Of a DNA stretch of 34,931 nt, positions 14,469 through 21,799 are shown one piece after another. The DNA is taken from NCBI GenBank assembly GCA_013140885.1, contig JABFSC010000778.1, forward strand, positions 1 through 34,931. Reading direction: 5' to 3'. The DNA comes from Deltaproteobacteria bacterium (lineage in GTDB: Bacteria > Desulfobacterota > Binatia > Bin18). A model generated the notes under the pieces. The model ran no database searches and was not told the DNA's origin. It saw nothing but the letters and a program-made list of their open reading frames with translations. Position 1 is the stretch's first letter. Each line of letters opens with the position of its first letter. The translations under genes and the position numbers were made by a program.

Positions 14469-16934
14469 ATGAAAGAATCGCAATCCGTGACCATAGATCC
14501 CATCTGCGGAATGACCGTGGACGAAGCAACCGCTCTCCACGCGGAACGCGAGGGAAAGACGTTCTACTTTTGCAGCGACCACTGTCGGCTCAAGTTTCGG
14601 TCAGCGCCGGCGAGCGTGACGCATGCGGAAGTGCCTCCCGGCGGCTCTCAGTCTCCTCTCGCGCACGAGCACGGTGACCGTTCGACGGCGTGGTCCTCGA
14701 CGCAATATTTTTGCCCGATGTGCCCTGGCGTGGAATCCGACCAGCCCGGTGACTGTTCGCAATGCGGGATGGCGTTGGAGCGCAATCCCGCACGGGTCGG
14801 GCTGGTGTCAGGAAAAACGATTTACACCTGTCCGATGCACCCCGAAGTGCGGCAGGACCATCCCGGCGATTGCCCCAAGTGCGGCATGACGCTGGTGCGG
14901 AAGACCCCGACGGCGAGCCCGGATCAAGTGGAGGACGCTGAGCTGCATGACATGACGACGCGCTTCTGGATCGGTGCGGCGCTGACGTTGCCGGTGTTTT
15001 TCCTGGCGATGGCGCACGTGATCCCGGCGCTGGCCAGGCAGTCCTGGGCGGATAGTCACACCTCGCGCTGGATACAACTTGCGCTCACCACGCCCGTGGT
15101 CTGGTGGGCGGGCGGGCCGTTCTTCCGCCGGGGCTGGCGCTCGGTCGTGACGCGTCACTTGAACATGTTTACGCTGATCGCCCTCGGCGTGGGCGCGGCG
15201 TTCGTCTTTAGCGCGGTGGCCATGCTCGCGCCCGACCTGTTCCCGCATACCATGCGACACGAGGGCAAGGTGGCCATCTACTTTGAAGCCGCCGCGGTGA
15301 TCGTTGTTCTCGTGTTGCTGGGGCAGGTGCTCGAGCTCCGTGCCCGCAGCCGTACCGGCAGCGCCATCAAAGCGTTGCTCAACCTCGCCCCGCCCATGGC
15401 GCGGCGGGTCACACCGGGGGGCGATCATGAAGTCTCGCTCGACCAAGTGAAAGTCGGCGACCAGTTACGGGTTGTTCCAGGTGACAAGGTGCCTGTCGAT
15501 GGCGTGGTCGTGGAAGGCCATTCCAATGTGGAGGAATCCATGATCACCGGCGAACCGCTTCCGGTGGAAAAGAGCGTCGGCGACAAAGTGACGGGCGGCA
15601 CCGTCAATGGAACCGGCAGTTTCGTCATGCGCGCCGAGCGGGTCGGGAGCGACACGTTGCTCGGGCAGATCGTCAACATGGTTGCCGAAGCCCAGCGCAG
15701 CCGTGCACCCATTCAAGGTCTCGTGGACAAGGTCGCGAGCATCTTCGTGCCGGTGGTGCTGGCGGTGGCAGTGCTTACTTTCGTTGTCTGGCTATGGCTG
15801 GGGCCAGAGCCAGAGCTCGCGCACGCCATCGTCAACGCCGTTGCGGTCCTCATCATTGCCTGCCCGTGCGCCCTCGGCCTGGCCACGCCCATGTCCATCA
15901 TGGTCGGCGTCGGACGCGGTGCGCAGGAAGGCGTGCTCGTGAAAAACGCCGAAGCGCTCGAACGGTTGGAGAAAGTCACCACGCTCGTCGTGGACAAGAC
16001 GGGCACCCTGACGGAGGGCAAACCTAAGCTCGTGGATGTCCTGCCCACCGGCGGTTTCGAGACGAAGGAATTTCTGCGGCTCGCCGCCTCACTGGAGCAG
16101 AACAGCGAACACCCACTCGCCGCCGCGATTGTGCAGGGCGCGAAGGAGCAAGGCATCGCCATCGAGACGGTAAAAGACTTTCGTTCGGTGACGGCGGGCG
16201 GTGTTCTCGGCACCGTCGCTGGTCGCGCGGTGATGATCGGCAAGCCGGCCTTCCTGCGAGACAAAGGCATTGCCAGTCTGGAGCCGCTCGAAGCCTCGGC
16301 CGTGCAACTCCAGGAGGAAGGCAAGACCGCGATGTATGTCGCCGTGGATGGCAAGCCAGCGGGAATCCTCGCCGTCGCTGACCCGATCAAATCGACCACC
16401 CCCGAAGCCATCCGCGAACTCCACGCGCTCGGTTTGAAACTCGTCATGCTCACCGGCGACAACCGCCGCACCGCCGCCGCAGTAGCGAAGACACTTGGCC
16501 TCGATGCGGTGGAAGCGGACATCGAACCCGCCGGCAAAGTCAGCCATGTGAAGAAGCTGCGGGCGGAAGGCAACCACGTCGCGATGGCTGGCGACGGCAT
16601 CAACGACGCCCCCGCCCTGAGCGAAGCCGAAGTCGGCATTGCGATGGGCACGGGCACCGACGTGGCCATGCAGAGTGCTGGAGTCACCCTCGTGAAAGGC
16701 GACCTCCGCGGTATTGCCAAAGCGATTCGCCTCAGTCGCGCCACCATGCGGAATATCCGGCAGAATCTGTTCTTCGCCTTTGTCTACAATGCGCTGGGAA
16801 TTCCGGTGGCGGCGGGCGTGTTGTACCCGTTCTTCGATTTGCTGCTCAGCCCGATCATTGCCGGTGCCGCGATGAGCCTGAGTTCAGTGTCCGTCATCAG
16901 CAACGCCTTGCGGCTGCGAAAGGTGAGGCTTTGA
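14469..16934 (+). CDS. copA: Cu(I)/Ag(I)-translocating P1B-1-type ATPase with an N-terminal TRASH/YHS-like domain plus two CPM[CH]P...C..CGM metal-binding modules
   Basis: Catalytic motifs are [15 protein letters not shown] and the TM CPC ([12 protein letters not shown]). The P1B-1 signatures are N-x6-YN-x4-P ([14 protein letters not shown]) and MxxSS (MSLSSVS). The N-terminus has CGMTV...YFCSDHC, then [24 protein letters not shown] and [24 protein letters not shown]. The ATG 14469 start was chosen over the 14412 ORF start. Confidence 0.92.
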   Translation: MKESQSVTIDPICGMTVDEATALHAEREGKTFYFCSDHCRLKFRSAPASVTHAEVPPGGSQSPLAHEHGDRSTAWSSTQYFCPMCPGVESDQPGDCSQCGMALERNPARVGLVSGKTIYTCPMHPEVRQDHPGDCPKCGMTLVRKTPTASPDQVEDAELHDMTTRFWIGAALTLPVFFLAMAHVIPALARQSWADSHTSRWIQLALTTPVVWWAGGPFFRRGWRSVVTRHLNMFTLIALGVGAAFVFSAVAMLAPDLFPHTMRHEGKVAIYFEAAAVIVVLVLLGQVLELRARSRTGSAIKALLNLAPPMARRVTPGGDHEVSLDQVKVGDQLRVVPGDKVPVDGVVVEGHSNVEESMITGEPLPVEKSVGDKVTGGTVNGTGSFVMRAERVGSDTLLGQIVNMVAEAQRSRAPIQGLVDKVASIFVPVVLAVAVLTFVVWLWLGPEPELAHAIVNAVAVLIIACPCALGLATPMSIMVGVGRGAQEGVLVKNAEALERLEKVTTLVVDKTGTLTEGKPKLVDVLPTGGFETKEFLRLAASLEQNSEHPLAAAIVQGAKEQGIAIETVKDFRSVTAGGVLGTVAGRAVMIGKPAFLRDKGIASLEPLEASAVQLQEEGKTAMYVAVDGKPAGILAVADPIKSTTPEAIRELHALGLKLVMLTGDNRRTAAAVAKTLGLDAVEADIEPAGKVSHVKKLRAEGNHVAMAGDGINDAPALSEAEVGIAMGTGTDVAMQSAGVTLVKGDLRGIAKAIRLSRATMRNIRQNLFFAFVYNALGIPVAAGVLYPFFDLLLSPIIAGAAMSLSSVSVISNALRLRKVRL

Positions 16935-17494
16935 TGATAGGCCGTGATTCAGTTGCGAACCACGAGACTAAAGAGATGACAACTGCCGATACGATGCGAA
17001 GCGGAGATTGCCGGTCGGGCGGAAGTACTAAAGTGCCTTGGCGGCGGTTCGGACAGCTCTTTGCGACCACGGCGGTGGTCGGTTTCGTTTTGAACGAAAT
17101 CTGGGAAATGGCGCAGATGTCTGCCTACGTCGAAACGGCGGGAGATTCTTGGACCAGTACGCTCGGTCTTTGCACGTGGGCGGCGGTGGGTGATGTGGGA
17201 ATCATTCTTGGCATTTATACAGCGGGGGCGCTGGCCGCAGGCGATCTAGGCTGGGGTTGGCGCGGCCGCTGGAACATCTACGTCACGGCGGCTCTTTTGG
17301 GGCTAGCCTACGCGACTCTCGTGGAACATGCGGCGCTAGCCACGCGGCGCTGGTCATACACCGAGCGTATGCCCGTGGTACCTGTGCTTGCTGCGGGTCT
17401 GTGGCCGCTTCTTCAAATGACACTGCTGCCTCCGCTCACCTTCTGGATCGCCCGGTGGTGGACTGGTCGCAGCGTACCCAAAGGCTCTTTATGA
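16934..17494 (+). CDS. Hypothetical polytopic membrane protein, translationally coupled to the ATPase
   Basis: ATG 16934 overlaps the ATPase stop (TGATG) and follows AGGTGAGG. The protein has about 4 hydrophobic helices. I recognise no family. Confidence 0.55.
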   Translation: MIGRDSVANHETKEMTTADTMRSGDCRSGGSTKVPWRRFGQLFATTAVVGFVLNEIWEMAQMSAYVETAGDSWTSTLGLCTWAAVGDVGIILGIYTAGALAAGDLGWGWRGRWNIYVTAALLGLAYATLVEHAALATRRWSYTERMPVVPVLAAGLWPLLQMTLLPPLTFWIARWWTGRSVPKGSL

Positions 17495-17546
17495 TGAAGC
17501 ACATCAGTGGATGGTTGGGCCGCGTACACGTGTCGGGGAGACAGGC

Positions 17547-18863
17547 ATGACGAGTCACCTGGCGAACTACCCGAATCAACCAGTCAGCAGCGAAGAGATG
17601 CTGGACGCGCTCCAGCGGGACGCCTTCGGATACTTCCTGCACGAGACTAACCCTGCAAACGGCTTGGTGGTAGACAAGACGCAACCGGACGCCCCCGCGA
17701 GTATCGCCGCCGTTGGGTTTGCACTGGCAGTATATCCGGTTGGCGTCGAGCGCTCATGGATGACGCGCGCCGAAGCAGCAGAGCGAACGTTGGCGGTGTC
17801 ACGGTTCTTCTGGACTAGCCCGCAGGGGACGGCCCCGGACGCGACGGGTTACAAAGGATTCTACTACCACTTTCTCGACATGAAGACTGGACGGCGTGCC
17901 GGGAGGTGTGAGCTGTCCACGATCGATACCGCTTTCCTGCTCGCTGGAATGCTCACCGCCGCAACCTATTTCAATCAGGATTGCGCGGACGAGCGGGAGA
18001 TCCGTACGTTGGCCGATGCGCTCTACCGCCGTACCAATTGGCAGTGGGCGCGAAACGGTGGAGCGACGATCACCCATGGGTGGAATCCTGAAAGCGGCTT
18101 TTTGAAGTATCGCTGGGAAGGCTACGACGAGGCCCTGCTCGTGTACGTGCTGGGCCTTGGTTCGCCGACGTACCCGCTGCCAAAGGAAAGCTATGCGGCG
18201 TGGACCTCCACCTACGAGTGGAAGAAGATCTATGGGCACGAGTTCCTGTATGGCAGCTCGCTCTTCATTCATCAATACTCGCATCTATGGATCGACTTCC
18301 GTGGGATCCAGGATGTCTTCATGCGCGGCAAGGGCATCGACTACTTCGAGAACAGCCGGCGCGCGACCCATGTCCAGCAGCAGTACGCGGTTCATAATCC
18401 TCACGCATTCGTGGGCTACGGCCAATATTTCTGGGGGCTGACCGCGAGCGATGGGCCCGGCCAGACGGTGCGAAGGGTCCAAGGAGTCGAGCGCCACTTC
18501 TTCGATTATGTGGCGCGCGGTGTGCCGTACGGCCCGGACGACGGGACCGTCGCGCCGTGGGCAGTGGTCGCTTCGCTACCCTTTGCCCCGGAGATCGTGC
18601 TGCCGACGGTTCGGCATTTCAAAGAGGTCTATCCGGAGATCACGGGCAAGTATTGCTTCAAGTGCAGCTTCAATTTGACCTTTCCGCATGAGTCGCAGGG
18701 CAAGCCTGGCTGGACCTCGCAGTACCACTACGGGATCAACTTGGGGCCGGTCGTATTGATGTGCGAGAACCACCGCTCGGGCTTGCTCTGGCGACTCACA
18801 CGGCGTTGCCCCTACCTCGTCACGGGGTTACGGCGAGCGGGATTTGCGAACGGCTGGTTATGA
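17547..18863 (+). CDS. Glucoamylase-like / GH144-type (beta-1,2-glucanase-like, PF10091-type) protein
   Basis: GGGGAG lies 6 nt before ATG 17547. Motifs recalled for this family are GFYYHFLDMKTG, STIDTAFLLAGML, WEGYDEALLVYVLGLGSP and GLTASDGPG. No signal peptide is evident. Confidence 0.6.
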   Translation: MTSHLANYPNQPVSSEEMLDALQRDAFGYFLHETNPANGLVVDKTQPDAPASIAAVGFALAVYPVGVERSWMTRAEAAERTLAVSRFFWTSPQGTAPDATGYKGFYYHFLDMKTGRRAGRCELSTIDTAFLLAGMLTAATYFNQDCADEREIRTLADALYRRTNWQWARNGGATITHGWNPESGFLKYRWEGYDEALLVYVLGLGSPTYPLPKESYAAWTSTYEWKKIYGHEFLYGSSLFIHQYSHLWIDFRGIQDVFMRGKGIDYFENSRRATHVQQQYAVHNPHAFVGYGQYFWGLTASDGPGQTVRRVQGVERHFFDYVARGVPYGPDDGTVAPWAVVASLPFAPEIVLPTVRHFKEVYPEITGKYCFKCSFNLTFPHESQGKPGWTSQYHYGINLGPVVLMCENHRSGLLWRLTRRCPYLVTGLRRAGFANGWL

Positions 18864-18876
18864 GGAGAGCCCACAC

Positions 18877-19158
18877 ATGTCTGATCTGCTGATGCGCGGT
18901 AGTGGTCTTCAACTCTTGGCGGTGGCGGCAGCATTCCGCCACCCCTCGCCGCGCTCGCTCGACTGCGCCCAGTGTCATCAGGCTCCGCCCAGCCATTACA
19001 TGGAGCACTTCAACATGGTTTCGAAAAGAGTCGCTGGGCAAGACAACGATGCGAATAGTCAGTGTTGTGGCCCAGTGCAAGTCAACCAGTGCTACCGCTG
19101 TCATCAGACGACATCGTGGAACGATATCAAGGGGGTCGGATGGTACAAGCACCATTAG
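18877..19158 (+). CDS. Di-heme c-type cytochrome fragment or paralog (duplicate of the C-terminal 75 codons of 9085-9927 with a novel N-terminus)
   Basis: GAGGAG (18862-18867) precedes ATG 18877. It retains CAQCH and CYRCH. The new N-terminus MSDLLMRGSGLQLLAVAAA is only weakly signal-like. It may be a remnant rather than a functional gene. Confidence 0.5.
   Translation: MSDLLMRGSGLQLLAVAAAFRHPSPRSLDCAQCHQAPPSHYMEHFNMVSKRVAGQDNDANSQCCGPVQVNQCYRCHQTTSWNDIKGVGWYKHH
18931..19158 (+). repeat. Copy 2 of the 228-bp dispersed direct repeat
   Basis: About 96% identical to 9700-9927. The differences are mostly at synonymous codon positions. Confidence 0.9.
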
Positions 19159-19284
19159 GACAATGTGGTTCTGCCGCACGGGCGCCACCGTTTCTGCGAG
19201 GTTGCGCCCGGCGTGATCGGGCGTCACCGCATCACACGGAGAGAGAACGATAACACTCAAGACCAACGACAAGGAGAATACTCT

Positions 19285-19626
19285 ATGAAACGTTTTCCAC
19301 GGATCATGTTGCTTGTGACAACTCTCATCGCCTTCGGCTCGGTGTTCGCGTTCGCCGAGGATGACATGATGAAACAGGGGATGGGCGGCATGGCGCAGCA
19401 CGAAATGATGGGCAAGGACTCGATGGCAATGGACAAGAAGATGCAGGAGCTTCAGCAGCACGAGAAGATGATGGAGGGTATCGAAGACCCAAAACAGATG
19501 ATGACAGAGATGAAAAAGCACATGCAAATGATGGGCGATATGATGGGAGCCAATTGTTGTAAACTCGGCGGTATGAGTGGCAAGCCCGCGGCAACGAGTG
19601 GCTCTGGGAGCATGTCGGAACACTAA
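19285..19626 (+). CDS. Secreted Met-rich helical protein (putative periplasmic Cu-binding), paralog of 20801-21280
   Basis: AAGGAG lies 8 nt before ATG 19285. The signal peptide is MKRFPRIMLLVTTLIAFGSVFAFAED. The mature part reads DMMKQGMGGMAQHEMMGKDSMAMDKKMQELQQHEKMMEGIEDPKQMMTEMKKHMQMMGDMMGANCC. Confidence 0.75.
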   Translation: MKRFPRIMLLVTTLIAFGSVFAFAEDDMMKQGMGGMAQHEMMGKDSMAMDKKMQELQQHEKMMEGIEDPKQMMTEMKKHMQMMGDMMGANCCKLGGMSGKPAATSGSGSMSEH

Positions 19627-19860
19627 TAGCCCCGGTCCAAAATCAGATTGCTTTGTTATCTCGGGGCAACCCTGGCGCTCGCCAGCGCCGTGAGGGGACA
19701 ACCGAAGTGACAGGGCGGGTGGTTCGGATGCGAGGCCCGCCCAATATCTCTCACGGAGCGTGCAGTATGGTCTCCGTCGTTTGGGGTGCAAAGGAGAGGC
19801 AAGCCGCTCCAATGTCAAGAACGCGACCACAGGACAACTGTCGTGAGAAGGGAGAGAATA

Positions 19861-20103
19861 ATGGAACACACCACACACACACAACCTACTCGGGCGGAAG
19901 GCAGGTTCCAGCACGGTAGTCGTTTCATCCTCTTTGCTTTTCTTGCCATCGCCGGCTTCTATCTCCTTACCGAGCATACGGCCCATGTTTTCGGCATCCT
20001 GCCGTACCTCCTGGTGTTCTTATGCCCGATCCTGCATTTCCTTCATGGTGGACACGGTGGGCACAACTCCCAACATCGTCAAGAGAAAGGGGACGAACGA
20101 TGA
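19861..20103 (+). CDS. DUF2933-like small membrane protein with a His-rich tail
   Basis: GGGAGAG lies upstream of ATG 19861. The sequence LLTEHTAHVFGILPYLLVFLCPILHFLHGGHGGH resembles the DUF2933 pattern. Its stop overlaps the next start (ATGA). Confidence 0.7.
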   Translation: MEHTTHTQPTRAEGRFQHGSRFILFAFLAIAGFYLLTEHTAHVFGILPYLLVFLCPILHFLHGGHGGHNSQHRQEKGDER

Positions 20104-20753
20104 CACACGATACTCCGGCGTATGGATTGTGGCTGCTCGTCATTATCAATACCGCCGTCTTCGTTATTTTCGCGTTCAGTTTTACTCATCCGCGTACGGC
20201 ACGCGACTGGCGGTCATTTGGCGCGTTCTCAGGCTTTCTGTTAGCGCTATTTACCGAGATGTATGGCTTTCCCCTCACGCTCTATCTGCTGTCTGGGTGG
20301 TTGGGCAGCCGTTATCCTGGGCTGGATCTGTTCTCGCACGAATCGGGACATTTGTGGCACACGCTTTTGGGTTGGACAGGCAATCCGCACTTCGATCCCC
20401 TGCACATTCTGAGTAATCTCTTCATTGTCGGCGGCTTCATCATGCTGGCGTCAGCCTGGCGGGTCTTGTATGAAGCCCAGCGCACAAACACATTAGCCAC
20501 CACCGGACTGTACGCTCATATGCGCCATCCCCAGTACGTGGGATTCATACTTATTATGCTCGGCTTTCTCCTGCAGTGGCCGACACTGCTCACTTTGATC
20601 ATGTTCCCCATCTTGGTGACGATGTATGTCCAGCTCGCGCGAAGAGAGGAACAAGAGGTGCTAGAGGAATTTGGCGACGTGTACGCGCGCTACGCCGCCA
20701 CAACTCCGGCGTTTGTCCCACGATGGCATCGAACGAGGTCGCAGGAGTTCTAA
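20100..20753 (+). CDS. Isoprenylcysteine carboxyl methyltransferase (ICMT)-family membrane methyltransferase
   Basis: Polytopic protein with the C-terminal signature LATTGLYAHMRHPQYVGFILIMLG ... EEQEVLEEFGDVYARY. It has an ATGA overlap with the DUF2933-like gene. Confidence 0.75.
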   Translation: MTHDTPAYGLWLLVIINTAVFVIFAFSFTHPRTARDWRSFGAFSGFLLALFTEMYGFPLTLYLLSGWLGSRYPGLDLFSHESGHLWHTLLGWTGNPHFDPLHILSNLFIVGGFIMLASAWRVLYEAQRTNTLATTGLYAHMRHPQYVGFILIMLGFLLQWPTLLTLIMFPILVTMYVQLARREEQEVLEEFGDVYARYAATTPAFVPRWHRTRSQEF

Positions 20754-20800
20754 GCAAAGAGACGCCCCACAATTACAGCAATTTATTACAGGAGGTTCAC

Positions 20801-21280
20801 ATGAAACGACTGGCATTGGCAAAGACCGTAGCGACGAGCTTCATGGTTGGTGGACTGCTGCTCACGCATCCTTTTTTTACGACTGCCCAGGAAACCCCTC
20901 CAGCCCCTCAAGGAAAACCCACTGAGAAAATGGGGATGCCGGGGATGATGGGACACGAACATGGCCCTGGCATGATGGGCGATAGGCAAAAGAGGCACGA
21001 ACAGCACGAGAAAATGCACCAGGAGATGAACCAAGAATTACAGAAACACTTGACCGCCTTGCGTGAACACACGAAAGCGATGGACGGAATGAGCGATGAG
21101 AAGCAATTGCTCACCGAGATGAAAAAGCATCAGCAAATGACCGATGATCTCCTCGGCACGATGGTGGAGCAGCGCGAAAAAATGCACGCGCGGATGAAAG
21201 CGCACCGGGAACAGATGCGTGGCAAGATGGGGAAGAGCCAGCAGCCAGCTGAAGAGCATGAGAGCCATCAAGGAAAGTAA
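20801..21280 (+). CDS. Secreted Met/His-rich helical protein, paralog of 19285-19626
   Basis: GGAGG lies 5 nt before ATG 20801, and a signal peptide is present. The mature part contains MGMPGMMGHEHGPGMMGDRQKRHEQHEKMHQEM. It shares the block [KE]KQ[LM][LM]TEMKKH.QM.DD[LM][LM]G with the 19285 gene. Confidence 0.75.
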   Translation: MKRLALAKTVATSFMVGGLLLTHPFFTTAQETPPAPQGKPTEKMGMPGMMGHEHGPGMMGDRQKRHEQHEKMHQEMNQELQKHLTALREHTKAMDGMSDEKQLLTEMKKHQQMTDDLLGTMVEQREKMHARMKAHREQMRGKMGKSQQPAEEHESHQGK

Positions 21281-21799
21281 ATGACTGTGCGAACACGAAG
21301 ATGTTTACTGGATGCGCGCTCCGGGCCACGAAGGGTGGCGGGGAGTCGAATTGTGGGCTACGGGCGATTCGTGTTGCTCTTGATGTTCGGAGCAATCGTG
21401 ATGGGGTCTGCACCTCTGGATGCTCAAGAGCAAGACCTCTCCCGGCCAGATGAGCCCCATTCGCTGGTCCCGCAGCCACCGGGACTCACCCACGGCATGG
21501 AGCAATACTACCTGGGTCGGCATCACAAAACCGCTGTCTTCTCCGGGCGGCTGGTCTGCTTGCGCTGTGATGTGATGCCGACAGCGGAGAATGTCGAGGT
21601 GTGCCGGAAAGAGGGACACCGTCACGCGCTCGCGATGGTGGGAGACGCGATGGTACATCCGCTGCTGTTTACGAATCCTGACCTCGCGACGCGGATCAAT
21701 GCCCATGAGTGGCACCGGAAGACCGTGCAGGTCTGGGGTCGCTATTACGCGGACACTGGCATTATTGTCGTCGGCGATCTGAAGACCGCGGAGGAATGA
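21281..21799 (+). CDS. Hypothetical Cys/His-containing protein, possibly exported
   Basis: It starts immediately after the upstream stop (TAAATG). A hydrophobic stretch FVLLLMFGAIVMGSAPLDAQ is followed by GRLVCLRCDV...CRKEGHRHAL. I recognise no family, and the start is uncertain. Confidence 0.5.
   Translation: MTVRTRRCLLDARSGPRRVAGSRIVGYGRFVLLLMFGAIVMGSAPLDAQEQDLSRPDEPHSLVPQPPGLTHGMEQYYLGRHHKTAVFSGRLVCLRCDVMPTAENVEVCRKEGHRHALAMVGDAMVHPLLFTNPDLATRINAHEWHRKTVQVWGRYYADTGIIVVGDLKTAEE

Noticed and set aside
15713-16747. 344-aa ORF on the - strand inside copA copy 1, with similar antisense ORFs at 14808-15446, 26369-27028 and 27109-27441.
   Set aside because: These are antisense to genes with unambiguous P-type ATPase motifs. 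Their Ala/Ser/Arg/Pro-rich composition is typical of shadow ORFs in high-GC DNA.
18820-19986. 388-aa ORF on the - strand.
   Set aside because: It is antisense to the cytochrome fragment, the Met-rich gene and the DUF2933-like gene. Its His-rich runs are simply the complement (CAT) of the ATG-rich sense strand, and it has no recognisable domain.
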